From positions 11,222,001-11,286,000 of the forward strand of contig JBHGNT010000017.1 in NCBI GenBank assembly GCA_043228905.1: a DNA stretch of 64,000 bases, given 5' to 3'. Of this stretch, positions 1 to 13,500 are shown one piece after another. Position 1 is the first letter of the stretch. The number at the start of each line of letters is the position of its first letter. The notes under the pieces are model-generated. The model was given only the letters and a program-made list of their open reading frames with translations. It was not told the origin of the DNA and did not search any database. Position numbers and translations under genes: made by a program. Origin of the DNA: Azolla caroliniana. Its lineage: Eukaryota > Plantae > Polypodiophyta.

Positions 1-1079
1 AGACTCTAATACCCCCGTGGGTATTTGCTCTCTGTCGATGGGCTCATATAGATCTTTGACGATGAGAAGATCCTCCATTTTGATGTTCTAGTTTAGTTGT
101 GCGAGTTCAGGACCATCATTCCTGGGAAAAGGACTGCAAGTAGATGAGATAGATCGACTGGATATACCCAACATGAAAAATGAAAACAACAAGATACAAG
201 AAAATGCACAATACTTGAAATACATAGGTTTTACGTTGTCGTGAAGATTTCGGCAACGATGTGAAAATCGCGTGGAATCGAGAAGGTATAATGTGCACAC
301 GAATGAAAGGGGTGATGGTTACACTCATACGTTAGCATGTTGTAAATATAAATGTATTCAGAACACCTAAAGCCTATTTGCATTTTCAAACATATAAAGG
401 GGTGCAAGTATTGAACCTTGCACCTCCAAGATAGAAGACAACTGACTTACAATTAGGCTAAGTTATTTCTTTAGATCATGATTATGTTTTTCACATGTGA
501 ATGCTCATACATGAGAGCTTGGATGAGCTACATAGTCATCATGCATCACATGTGATGCATGAGCGCCAAATGGCAATCATGCATCGCATGCATTTCAAGC
601 AATGTATGCAATCAATAATAATTAATAAATCTTAGTTATCTCATTGGCAATGTGTCTTGTTTCTCTAAATTGAAGTCAAGGGTTCAAATCCGGAATTGGA
701 ATTTCGATTCGTCTATTTATCTATCTATCTTAAACACTTCCTCAATTTTCTTTTCTCTCTCTCACTCTCAACCACATTGGTGCGTCACTTCAGCCGCCTA
801 CACATCAATCCACCACACCGTTGAGTCGGGTTTGGGTGCATCTTCGACAACAAAGGACGACTCGACGATAAGCACAATTCCTTGCAAGCACAACTCACCC
901 GAATTGTCCCCCCCGGTCAAAGACCTCGGTGGTCCCGTTGGACCAACCCGTAGGCGTGGAAATCCCATCATCGATCCTCCATAACCTCTAGCGGATAGAG
1001 GCCCGGTGCTTGTCTATAATTATGGGCTATTCACAAATATATCTATAATTATTATTAGATAATAATAATAATACTCGTT

Positions 1080-1340
1080 AATCAGCCGACTAATTGACTA
1101 GTTGATTCGACTAGCCGACACCTATGTCGACTGTGTAGTCGACACGACTAGTCAGCCTTGTCATCGACCATCCGGTCAACCCGACTAGTCGGTCTTGTCC
1201 TCGACTTGGATCATCTACAATCGACTCTCCCTCAGTCGACCCTTCCTTGTCTTTGATTGTCGACTCTTCCTCAACCTGACTAGTCGGCTATTTCTTGTCT
1301 TCGACTGTCGACTCTTCTTAGCTTGATCAGTCGGCTCGTC
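1080..1340. repeat. Degenerate array of self-complementary GTCGAC / CGACTAGTCG words
   Basis: Repeated cgactagtc, gtcgac and gactagtcgg motifs; no convincing ORF. Confidence 0.55.
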
Positions 1341-1468
1341 TCGTGTGTGGTTGTGGGCTTGGTGGTTTAATTAGTAGCTAAAAGTCATAAAATGAGAGAA
1401 CCCAAGTTTGATCCTTGCCATGGTCTGGGCCTTGTTGCATAGGTTTCAATTTGTCTTCTATGGAAGTT

Positions 1469-1472
<4 letters not shown>

Positions 1473-1505
<33 letters not shown>
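1473..1505. repeat. (TC)n microsatellite
   Basis: Direct sequence. Confidence 0.95.
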
Positions 1506-1510
<5 letters not shown>

Positions 1511-1914
1511 TGCCACAATTTTCATACGAGGTTTTGTAATAATCTAGCACTATAAAGATTGCAAAAGCATACTTCTCGTGTGCTTTGGCCATACAATGGC
1601 AAACACTCGCAAGGGAGCCACAAAGTTTGAGACTACGATTCATTATGGTTTAGATAAGAGGAATATCTATTAGTTTAGATACAACTAACGTAATTAGATG
1701 GGAGCTTTGTCACGTCTTCACCAAGGGTAATTAACTAAAATCTCATCCCCAACATGTAAGGACCTAATGATTGACACTATAAGATATACATTTACATCTC
1801 AACTCACATACTCGAGAATGTTACTTTTTTTTTAGTAACACTTTTATTACTAGTGGGAAACCTCAAAGTGAGGTGAAAACCCACAAAGAATAAAGAAAAA
1901 TATACAAGTGCCAA

Positions 1915-4900
1915 TTAGACACTAAAGAGCTTAAAAACACTCAAAGTAAAGGTTGTAAATTTGGAGTGTGATGTCTCTAAGTTGCAGACAATCAAATAGA
2001 GATTGCCTAAGGGATTTCTTAAAGATGATAACTTCATGCAGTTGGTTTCGATCAAACACCTTATTATTGTGGGTTGTCCAAATGGTTCAAAGTGCCCAAA
2101 ATCGTGTCCATTGGAGAAAATAGGCACTATCGGATAGGGTGCATGAAATTTGTCCAAATATCCAAAAGTGTTTACCAAACCTTCAGCCAGGAAATCTGTT
2201 ATAAAGAGATGCACTTAGTCTTTGTACAAATGTTGTAGTGAATGAGAAAATCCATAATAAGTGTGGGACCGTTTCCAATTGTCCACCACATCTTGCACAA
2301 TGCGGCGAGGCTATTGATCTCTTTTGAAGATTCGCCCCAGTCGGGAGCACACCCAATAGGCATCTCCATAGGAATACCCATAGCTTAAGTGGAAGACTAG
2401 ACCTCCATAACCTTGCAAGCCTATTATTCCACTAGGACTGCGTTTTGTGTAGGTTCCATAATGCATTTGCATGTTCGTGAAACCATGGGACAGGTTGCAA
2501 CAACATATACACTGAATGTGTTGTAATGTTATGCATTGGAATAACAATGTTCCCTTTTTGTAACATCCAATCCTGAATACTACAATCTCCATTGAGAGGT
2601 GGCATAGGTACCAAGGAAAGCACCAACTAAGTGACTTGATTCCAGATAACGTGATGATGTGGCCCAAGATTGTAACGACATGTCATGTCATTGAAGTGCA
2701 ATAAGTGACCTTGGTCATTTACCACATCTGCAATTGATTTCAGCCCCTTCTTTGCTAAAAAATAAGCTTTTTTAGGCTCTTGTTTAGCTAATGACTATGG
2801 GAATATAGCACTCCAGTGCAAGCTTTCGAGGCGTAAAGAGTTCCTTGATTCTGAATTCCTACCTCTTCATTTTATGTGGTGCAATACACCCTTCCAATGC
2901 TTTAGAAGCTTTGAACTAAACATATAGCCTTTGATGTGCCCGTCAAGCTTTCCAAACACTACATCCCAATGGTTAGTTTCCCATGAGCCAAATGACTTAG
3001 TTTTCAAATGATCAAACATATCAAATCGCATTCTTGCCCAAGGCAATGTTTTTTCAGCAAATTTCAGCAATAAAGTAGCTTTTCTAACCAACATATGCAA
3101 ATGCAAATTAAGAAAATTTAGCCCTCCACTCAATCGTGGAGTGCATATCTTCTCTAGTGATAGAAGCCGTATACCTCTATGTGACTACTTAGAGCACCAA
3201 AAGCTGCTTATGATTTTTGAGTTAATATTTTGTATCATGTGTTTCGGCCAATCAATCATAATTAAGTAATACTGCATATAAGCCATGAATATAGATTGCA
3301 CTATCCTCAATCTGACATGGAGTGGCCATGTTGCAATCGTCCAATAGCTTAGCTTTTGTCTCACTTTTTGCAGAACCCATTCAACCTTTCTTTTCCCTAT
3401 TGCATTCTATCCCAATGGATAACCAAGATGTCTAACCATTTCATTTGGGCTAACAACCTGACCTAGCCACAGAAGTTGATGCCAACTATATGGCGTCAAG
3501 GGTAGAAGTTTGGACTTGTTGAAGTTAACATGCAATCCAAAAGCTAATCCATACAATTTGAGGGCATCCATAATCACCCTCACATCATTTGGATTGTTTT
3601 ATGATAGGAATGATGTATCATCTGCATATGCCTGAGCCACGAAATCATGTCCGTCTTTCATTTGCAAACCATGAAGTTGACCAAATGATACTAGATGATC
3701 CATGTACAATAGTGGTGGATGAGTTGCAATTGCATAGAACAATGCACTTACATGACAACCTTGTCGTACTAATTTGGCTAAGGTCCATGAATATGTCAAT
3801 TCACCCTCAATAATGCATGAAGATGTGCTAGACCCATAAAGCCAATAGATTACTTGAGACATTTTCGGACCAAATCCTAGTTTAACCATTGTGGATGCCA
3901 CAAAATCCATTGGATGGTGTCAAAGGCCTTTTTGATGTCAATTTGCATGAGCAATACATCTTGTTTGGTGTATTTGGCATACTCCATTCCAATATAAGAA
4001 TTAGCAATATTATCTATAATTTGCCTTCAAGAACCCATACTAGTTTACATGTATGCATCCCAACAAAGTGTCCTTAATACGATTAGCAATTATCCTTGCA
4101 ATAAGTTTGTAGATCACTAGCAAGAGAGTGTTTGGTCGCCAATCCGAAAATGATTCACATAGTTTCTTTTTGGGTATTAATTTGACCAAACCTTCTTTCC
4201 ATGACATCGGCATATCCCATTGTTGCCAAACATTATTTGCCATAGATAGGATTAAATCCTTAAGGACATCCCAAAATTCTGCAATGAACTCTAACGTAAT
4301 ACCATCCCAACTAGGCGCTTTGCCTTTCTCGAGGCCTTTCTCGAGGCCTTTTCGAGCCTCCAAGAGCTCCTCCATTATGAATGTTGCATCCAAAGCAATA
4401 GCTTTATCAACACAAATAGTGGGTGGAACTAGTGACAAGAATGTATCTCTACCCTGTTTAATTGCATCAGTAACAATGACATTGTTCTAAAAGATGTGAG
4501 AGAAGTGAGTTACACATTCCTTGGCTAGTTCAAGTTGGTTTGTAGTCCACAAACCATCACCAGTTTTGATGAATTTAATGGATTCACTTTGTCATATTAG
4601 ATGCAACCTTTTGAAGAAGGATTTAGAAGAGCATCCTTTGTCTTTCAATGGAATTTGTCTTGACCTAACTTGCCATTTTTCCAATTTATTTTCGTCATGT
4701 AGCATCAATGTGTGTTTGGCCATACACAATGCATCCTCTTCATGTAAAGTCAAAGATCTTCTATGTGCTAACTCTGTTAGGGCTTGACAAGTAAATTTGG
4801 CTTGTTGAGTGTCATCTCTCTGTCTTGAGACATACCACTTCCCATACTCTTGTACTATTGTTTGTAATCTATGTACAAAATGTACCCATGCTATATTAAC

Positions 4901-5817
4901 ATCTATGTTGACTTCTACATAAAGAGGAGGTATTATGTCATAGTCCATCCTCTTGAAGCGTTCATGCTTGAGGTAGCTGTTGTTAATGAGCATAAGTCTC
5001 TTCCGTTGGAGGTGCACTTCATAGGAATGATTCCCAAAATCAATGTCTAGCTAGACAGGAGCATGATCTGACAATTGCAAAGCATGATCTATATGCATTG
5101 TACATGTGAAATTTTCATACTGACTAGCATGCAACAAATACCATCTATCAAGCCTTGCATAATATGCGGAGTGGGCGGTGTGATGAAAGGTAAAACCAAG
5201 AACATGTGGCTGTGTCATTTGCCATAAATCAACCCAATCCAATGAGCTTTGCATATTATACCACTGACCTTGTTCCTCTCTCAACATATGTGAGTGCTCA
5301 CTAGTGTTATCACCTGCATTTGGAGAGTTGTTGAAATCTCCACATATAAATGCATTTGATAAGCACAAATCTCTTGCCAAAGTAAAGCTCTATTCCTTGA
5401 GGCATTCTAGGCATATATTCCACCAAAATCATATGTCTCGCCATTTATCATGCATTGCACAACCATCCACCTCCCACGTTGATCATTATAGGCAACCATA
5501 GGATTTAGCTCATGTTTTATTATCATAAGCACTCCAGATGTTGTACCTTGACATGCATAGAAGATGTCAAAACCTCAAAATGTACCAACTTGACCATTAA
5601 ATTCAACTTGTTTATGTTCTTGAACACAAATTACATCTTCTTGAGAAGAGGTAATATAGTTCCAAAATAATTTCCATTTACCAGGGTTACAAAGACCTCG
5701 TATATTGAAGGAGACACATTTGACTTGTTTATGCATGATTAATATGGTTGAAGATATTAAACAAAGCAAAATACTAATATGACTGCATATTGGTATCATC
5801 GTCACGCTTATTTGCAT
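1915..5817 (-). pseudogene. LINE A ORF2 (APE endonuclease, RT, zf-RVT), with many frameshifts and stops
   Basis: SFNIRGL, CVQEHK, CGDFN, RLDRWY and SDHAPV (endonuclease); KAPSWDG, WRPNTLL, RQGC and YADD (RT). Confidence 0.9.
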
Positions 5818-6010
5818 GAAGACTAATATCTACATTTGATCCCTCTTTGTAAAGGTCCACATATGAGCCTCTACTCACCCTTTTCCAGGCTTATGAGACT
5901 AAAGAGAGCATTAAAGCATTAAGCTGTAAAGATGAACCTTGATTCTCAAGTGCGTGAGTGTAGTTTCTCACCACCACATGCGTCTTGCTTTTAAAGGATT
6001 TCTTCGATAT

Positions 6011-6488
6011 TTACCAACCTTCAGGGTTCTCATTGTCCACATCGAAAGCTTGTTTCAAATCGTGCATGTTTGATTGCACATTACCAATTGTCTGCGGAAC
6101 TTTACTTTTCCCTTTGTCTTGTACTCTCGGTTTCTGAATTGGTTGCATCATAGATTGGTTTGTTGCCTTTGAAGAAGAAACCTTGCTATTTTCTTTCAAT
6201 GATGTAGGTTTCAACATTGCGGTTTCAAGTGGTTGAATGGTGAGTGTTGGGCATTCTGATTGCTTATGACCAAACTTATTACATGTGTAACATGCGCTTG
6301 CAAATTTGCCCCATTTCAGCTTGAAAGTGGGGGGCATACTACTCTCCCCATTCCCACTGCAATTGTAGGCAACAAGTGATTCCAATTTCGTGGAAAATCA
6401 AGCACTTCCACCCAAACAGGACATTTGTGATGAATTAGCCCTTGATAGTCTTTTGTCAAAGACCACGACAATGCAGGAACCATTTGAT
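6011..6488 (-). pseudogene. LINE A ORF1, 3' part with CCHC zinc knuckle
   Basis: CPVWVEV...FKLKWGKFASACYTCNKFGHKQSECP; continues from 16081-16470 across the gypsy insertion. Confidence 0.85.
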
Positions 6489-6980
6489 TGTTAACTGTTC
6501 TGTTGGAAACACCTTCGATATGCCTACAAGCTATCAATATCATGGGAAGTGTAACGTGAAGACTTGCGCACATAGGCGTCGTTAGGGGAAGAAAATGGAG
6601 AGCATACCTGGAATAGAGCCCGGGTTGTATACATAGTTCAGACCTTAGAAACGACGGCACACAGACGAAAACAACAAGAGCTAATAGATACGTATTACTG
6701 CAAACAGTTAACGATGATTACAAAAACACGGCCCATGGCCGGTGACCTTACAAAGCTCTTATATCTATGAAATGAACTTGCCTAGGCTCTAGATATCTCT
6801 CTCCTGCCGAGGTACGCAAACCTCGGTTTATATACTTTTTCTTTTTCTTCATACAGAGCCGAGCGGTTGGCTGACTATGAGGCTCGAAACTCGGCGTTTA
6901 TCTAACTCTACCTTACCTACTCGCCTTACCTACCTACGTATTACATTTAATTAATTTATATTTCTGGCCTATGGACAACA
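6489..6980 (-). repeat. Gypsy 3' LTR (492 bp)
   Basis: Direct repeat of 15633-16080 plus 44 extra bp. Confidence 0.95.
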
Positions 6981-7096
6981 CCTGGCATGCTCGTGGGACA
7001 GGACTTTGTCCGTTGGACCCACAGTTCACCATGGATTTGGCTAAACAACACAAATTACAAAAATTGCCCGTTCCTACAAGGGCTTATAGGTTGGTT

Positions 7097-10020
7097 TTAT
7101 TCCTCTTCCAATATGCCGAGGATATCCTCGGGGGTGTGGGGTTGGGTTGGTTGCTCGGCAGGTGGGGTTGGTGATGGAGATTGTGTTGCCGAGTTGGGGA
7201 TGGCGGTGTCGTCGTGTGTGCCCTCCTCTGTTGGGACCGATTTAGGCAGGGTCAGGGTTATAGTCTGTGGCTCTGGTGGGATGTGGATGTCGGTAGGGGC
7301 AGGTTCTTCCGGTCGAGCTGCCGTGGGGAGTGACTCGGTTTCTTGCTCGGTGTTTGTGGGAGCTCTGTGACTCCCGGTAGCGAGTCGTTCCTCCTCGTAC
7401 ACTTCGGCTTCTAAACAAAATACCATTAGATCGTCGTTGAATTCCTCCAAGAGTTGCTTGATGGCCACGGTGTGGGATGTTGCCAAGGTATGATATTCTT
7501 CCGTTAAGTCTTCACGGAGGGTCTGGATGTTGGTGTCATCCATCTTGTAAAACCCTCGGCCCTCCTTCCGTCAGTTCTCGGCATTCGCGCGTAATATGTG
7601 TAGGCCTGCGGCTTGGGCTAACCACCCCTGCCAAACATGGTCAAGCGTTTCTTTGATCTTCGTGGTGAATTGCTGGCGATTCTTGTTGATTAGGGTCTTG
7701 ATTTTGGTATCGTTCATGCCGATGTTCGCGCGGTGAACTTCCAGTGCCTCCCTTGCGGCCTTGGCTTCGGCTTGGCTTTTGCGGGCGAAGAGTGCTAAAG
7801 TAGCTTGATTATCTTTTGCTTTTTCAATGATGAGCGCAATGGTCTGCTCATAACGATTGGTGAGCTGAGCTACAGTTTCGTCCCTTTCCTGTCGCCAAGC
7901 GTCCCGGTGTTGTTCTTTGACGGCAATGTGCTCGGTTTGCAACTGGTGATATGCATTGAAAATTTTTGCTCGTTGCTCCTCTGAGATCCTCCACTTTTGC
8001 ATATGTTCATTGGCCATGTCTTGGAAGGCTCTTTGATGACGTCTTAATTCCTGGTTGTCTGTGAAGAGCTCCTGTTCCTGTTGACTATTCCGTTCGGTTT
8101 CTTTGATGAAACGTTCTTTAGCCTCAGTGATAGAGACCTGGAGGGTCATCACCTCTCGTTCTCGTGCTTCAAGCGTGACCGACCTTTCAGCAAGTAGTCT
8201 CTTGAGGTTCGCTTCGCGGCTCGCGGCTTGTTCCCATAGCTGGCCAAGAATGTTGTTGTGGTTCTGTTCTGCCAACTCGGCCAGTGTGATCAGGGCCTGA
8301 AGCTCCTCCTGGTAGTCCCTAAGGGGAGGCCCTGTCTGGGTTGCCGCTTGCTGGATTTGGGCCGAGGACTCCCTGTCTGTCTGTGTCACTTGTTCCATGA
8401 CGACCAGAGGTGGTGGCGTTTGCGTGGAGGCTTGGGTGGTGAGACAACGTCACTCGGCGCAAGGAGGGTTAAGGGCGGTTGTTGATGCGTGAATGTCGCC
8501 AGTTTCTCCTCTACGACTTGCCATAGGTCAGTAGCCTGTTTGGCTTGTTGATGCGCCGTTTTGATACGTCGGGCCATGTCCTTGGCTGCCCAAGTAGTGT
8601 GGTGTAGATTGCGATATGCCTCGACTAAGGCCATGTTCAGATCCGGTAGTTCCATGAGGAGCGAAGCATTCTGTACTTCCTTCTTCCGTCCTATCTTCTG
8701 TAAGGCTCGATCCTCATGAGGTTCGATTTCACCCATTAGAGCGCGTTGAATCATCTTTGTTTCGGCGTGCTCCTCGGCCATACGAGTGACGACAGCTACT
8801 TGGGCGTGCGTGAGGAAATCCATTAACTCGTAAGTTGTGCCCAGTCGAAGTAGTGCACTGAAATTGCATGCCTCCGCGGGGAGATCTTTGTAACCGAGGA
8901 CTTCCTCCTCTGATATCTGCGTGGTTTGTCCATGCTCGATCGTACTAACTTGGAGCCATGAATCCGCTGGTACTATGTCCGTGGAGGTGGGGCTGGCCTC
9001 TTTTGATTTCTGACGTTGGTCACCTTCGGTTTCGGTGGTTTCCTTTCGAATGATGCGACGTCTTTTTGGCGGTTGATCCTGTGCGTCCGGGACCGGTGGT
9101 GCTGGCCCTTTGGCCTGTTTCCTCTTTTGCTGCCGGATGGCCGAGGGCTGCTGGCTTGTGAGCCGAGAGCTTGGTTGTGGAGAGGTCATTGATGTCCTTG
9201 GTGGCCTCTGGCATATGGTGACATCCTCAGGGATGGCCTCCTCGACCTCATCCCATTCGACACGGGTTGCTGTTACTGCCTGTTTTTTGTTTGTTTTTGG
9301 TGGGGGTGGGGCCGAGGCGGAAGTGGGGTTCCGAACGCCTGAGGGAGGTGGAGAAGACGAGGAGTCTTCCCATTCTTCCTGAGTTATCTCCAAAATATTC
9401 TCCCGTTGTTTCCTTGGTGGTGGTGGAGAGGTCAGTATGCGACGAGGGGAAACAGAAGAAGGTGGGTAGAGGACTGTAAGGAAGTGATTGATCATAGGCA
9501 ACAAACGCTTACCGATTTGGAAGGATTCGAGAGCCACACAGATTTCTTCACCTGTGATGATTCCCCAGTCGATTTTTTTCCCTCGTAGGCCATGATAATG
9601 ATCGCCGCTTTGCTCTGTGGCATACTTGTAGGGTTGGTATGCACGAACGCGTACTCCATCAAGATGGGAGCGAGTTCTCCGAATGCCTTGTTGGATCCAC
9701 CATAGGTGCGGTAGGCTTTACCAGATATTGAATTCGCACCAAGTATTCCTTCAGGGTCGTGGAAGGGGGAATCTCGACCTCATGATCACCTGCTCGCTTC
9801 AGGTCTAAGGCAACACGAATCATATTGTTGGTGACTGTGTCCAGGTGGATTCGGCGTGTGACCCCTTGGGCATCAGGGTGTGCAGGGGCATCGATCACCT
9901 TTAAATAACCACCCAATCCTCGTTCCTGAAGCCAGGAGCGGGTTTCCTATGAAGCTGCCATAGGCATAATGGACTCGGGGTTCTGCTGTGTGGAAGATTG
10001 GGGAAGGAGGATTCGACCAT
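7097..10020 (-). pseudogene. Extra sense-strand ORF 3' of integrase (low-complexity/basic region, coiled coil, acidic tail); function unknown
   Basis: ORFs 9659-9916, 8386-9537, 7571-8398 and 7097-7543. The last two are in frame across a TGA at 7571-7573. A homologue lies at 17490-18720. Confidence 0.7.
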
Positions 10021-10579
10021 GCCGAGACAAAGTGAGGGAAGGAGATGGTTGTGGTGCGGCAGAGGGGCTACAAGGACAAGAGAGGGCTTGTGAGCAAGAG
10101 CGGTGGGAGCGATGAACGCGCTGAGAGCGTGAGGAGGCTTGAGAGCGTGGGAGCGATGAAAATTGGGTGTGCAAGAAAACATATGTGTGTGGGGTGGGCT
10201 TGGGGTAACTGTTTTTTTAGCGAATGCCTAGGGTTTTGTGCATGAAGAGGATCCTAGAGATTCTTGGGCGTGGATGCCATAATACGATATTATGGCCACG
10301 TGTCCTAGGGAGTTAGTGCTTTGCCTTGGATGCTGTGCATGTGCCTTTAAATACTTAAGTGAATGTGAAAGTGACTAATGTGTGCCTCTAAACATGACGT
10401 GATTTGGGTGATGTGGTAGGTGGTGTAGGTGGAACTAACTAATTGCTAAAACTATGCCTACTCCTACCTAATGTCTACTTTGGAATGTTGGTGGGTTCTT
10501 ACCGAGGGGGACGTGTGGCCTCCTTTGTGGCATTGTCCGTGCCGTGAGACTCGGCGAAAGGGTTGGCTGGGGTATTTCC

Positions 10580-13500
10580 CTAGTACGGTTGCAGTCGGAA
10601 TCCATTCACCCAACTTTTGACAATTTCCCCGACGAGGGTGCTGAGCTGGAACGTGCCATTAAACTCGTCAATAATCTAGAAGGGACACGTCCATCGAAAT
10701 CGTAACTTTCCTGGCATAGCACCGAGTCGCATCTAGAAAACGAGGACCGGTTTGCCTATGGTCAGTTCTTGTTCCAATCCTTTCCAATGTCAGTCCACAA
10801 AGGCTTTCCGTTGTCATTGGCGCTGTTCAAGTTGGGCCATGCTCGCTACTCGGTCCTCGCCAAGTTCGAGGAGTTGTTCCAACCTCAATTGTTCGGATTG
10901 GGCCTCGGGGAGCCATGCTTTAACTTGAACTCGGAGACTTAGAACTTGGAACTCAATGGGCACAACGGCTTCGAGACCAAAAGCCATCCGAAAGGGGGTG
11001 GATTGAATGCTCGTTTTGAATGTAGTGCGATAAGCCCATAGTGCACTCTGGAACTTGTCATCCCAATCGGTGCGGTTCTCGTTGACGATCTTCTTCAGGA
11101 TTGTTTGGAGAATATTGTTAGTCGATTCTACCAATCCGTTTGCATGCGGGTAGTATGGTGTACTTTTCTTATGTACCACCACGTAGTGTGTCGTAAGCTC
11201 GCGTATTATATGGTTTATAAAGTGCCCACCTTCGTCACTAACAAGCTCAATTGGGCATCCATAACGGCACCGGAGATGTTCGTACACGAATTTGGTCGTG
11301 GATGCTGCCGTGTTGTCTCGTAAAGCCTTTGCCTCTGCCCATTTTGTGCAGTAGTCCGTGGCCACGATGATATAGTTATTACCGGTTCGGGCCACGACTG
11401 GTTTGAAGGATCCCACAAAATCTAACCCCCATTTTTGAAATGGTTCCAATGGAAGAATGGGTTGGTGTGGCATTCTAGCTTGTTCCATCGGTTGTCCCAA
11501 CCGTTGGCACAAGTCGCACTATCGGCAGAACTCGTGAGGATCCTTTTTCGTTGTAGGCCACCATAACCCACTCTGCCATACTTTCCTTGCCATGGACTCT
11601 CCGGCGTAGTGTCCGCCGGAGATTCCTAGGTGGGCCTCTTGGAGGATGGTCTTCTTCTTGAATTGTCGAATGGCTCGATGCCATATTTTGTCTGAGCCTT
11701 TGTGGTAGAGGATGTCGGAAATGAGACAAAAGTTGCGGCTACGTACTGCAAGTCATTTCCGTACATCGAGGGCCATGTGGTCGGGAGTCAAGCCAATACT
11801 AAGGAAATGGGTCATCTCCATGATCCATTCATCTTCTTTGTCGTCTGGCAGCATTATGAGATGAAATAGGCCGGCATCGGGTAAATCGTCATACGTGGGC
11901 TCGACAGGGTCTCCTGACTCGAGGCGGCTTAGGTAGTCAACGACGACGTGTTGAACTCCGGGTCGATGATGTATATGAAAATCAAACTCTTGTAATAGGA
12001 GCATCCATCGAGCCAGTCGACCTGTCAAGGCTTGTTTATTGACCAGGTAAAGGAGGGTTGAGTGATCGACGTGAAATGTGAATTTTCGGCCTAAGAGGTA
12101 ATGCCGAAATTTACTGATGCTGTAGATCATACCGAGGGCCTCCCGTTCAGTGGTTGAATAGTTCTTTTCCGCAGCCGAGAGATGTCGGCTAGCATAATAC
12201 ACTGGCCGATACCAAATTGGGGGGCGTGCATTGCATAAGTGCGCTCCCGATGGCGATATCTTATGCGTCCACGAAGACGTGAAAAGGTTCCGACCATATC
12301 GGGGGCTGTACAACTGGGGCATGCGAGAGCATTAATTTCAATCCTTGGTAAGCGTCATCCTCGATTGAAGTCCATTGAAAGGGGAGTTGATGCACCGCCG
12401 CGTGTAGTGTTGTCGCGAAATCGGCCAGGTGGCGTATCATCCAGCTGTGCCATCTGATTTGTCCTAGAAATCGGTTGAGGCCTTTTGCGTTCGAGGGTGC
12501 GGGGGCGTTTAGGATGGCTTATACTTTATCCGGGTCCATGGCGATACCTTCTTGACTGACGATGTGCCCGAGTAGGTTGCCGCTTGTGACCAAGAACATG
12601 CATTTTGCCGGGTTTAAACTTAACCGAGCCCGGCGACATCGATCAAGACAGAGACGTAACTGGGTCATGTGTTCCAGTTGCTGACCATATACAACGAAGT
12701 CATCGAGAAAGATTTGCATGAACGCCGGGATATACTCGTTAAAATTTTTGATGATGATGCGTTGGAACGTGGCCAACGCCGTTTTTAAACCGAACATCAT
12801 TACTTCTGCCACGAAAACACCCCATTCCATGACAAATGTTGTTTTCTCCTGATCATCCGGGTGCATTCTGATTTGGTTGTAAACACTGAAACCGTCTAGA
12901 AAGCTGTAGCATTCGTGACCTGCCACCGTGTCGAGAACGCTATCCGTGAACGGGAGAGGGAATCCATCCATGACCGTTGCAGCATTAAGCTTGCGGTAGT
13001 CGACACAGACTCAGATTTTCCCATTTTTCTTGGGGACGACTACGATTGGGCGTCCCGAGCGTGTCGTAATTCTGCGATGGTGGTGGGATCGGGCTCATCC
13101 TGGGGAGGTGTATTCACCGTGACTTCCTCGTCTAGAGGTGTGCCGACGACTGTCATGGCGTCGATTTCGAAGAGAGGTATGATAGTGGGATGGTCTTCTA
13201 GGAATTTGTCCACCTCATCATCGGCTAACCCGTCGAGCATGTGCACCCCTTCCGCGTATAACAACGAGGTGTTGTTGGGCGTGGTTACGCGTTCTTCGGT
13301 TATGATCCGGACCTTGGTCTTTCCTCGGCGAAACGAGATCATGTTGCGCTGCCAATGTTGTTTGATATTTGTTGTGCGCAACCATGGTCTGCCCAGTAAC
13401 ATTGGGTAAGCCCCCTATGCTTTGAGTCGTAATACAACGACCGAGATAGTGAACATGTGGCCTCCTAGAGTAAAGTCGAGGTGGCGGATTAATCCAATGG

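Noticed and set aside
1-1080. Short ORFs at the window start
   Set aside because: No recognisable motifs; probably TE remnants that I cannot assign.
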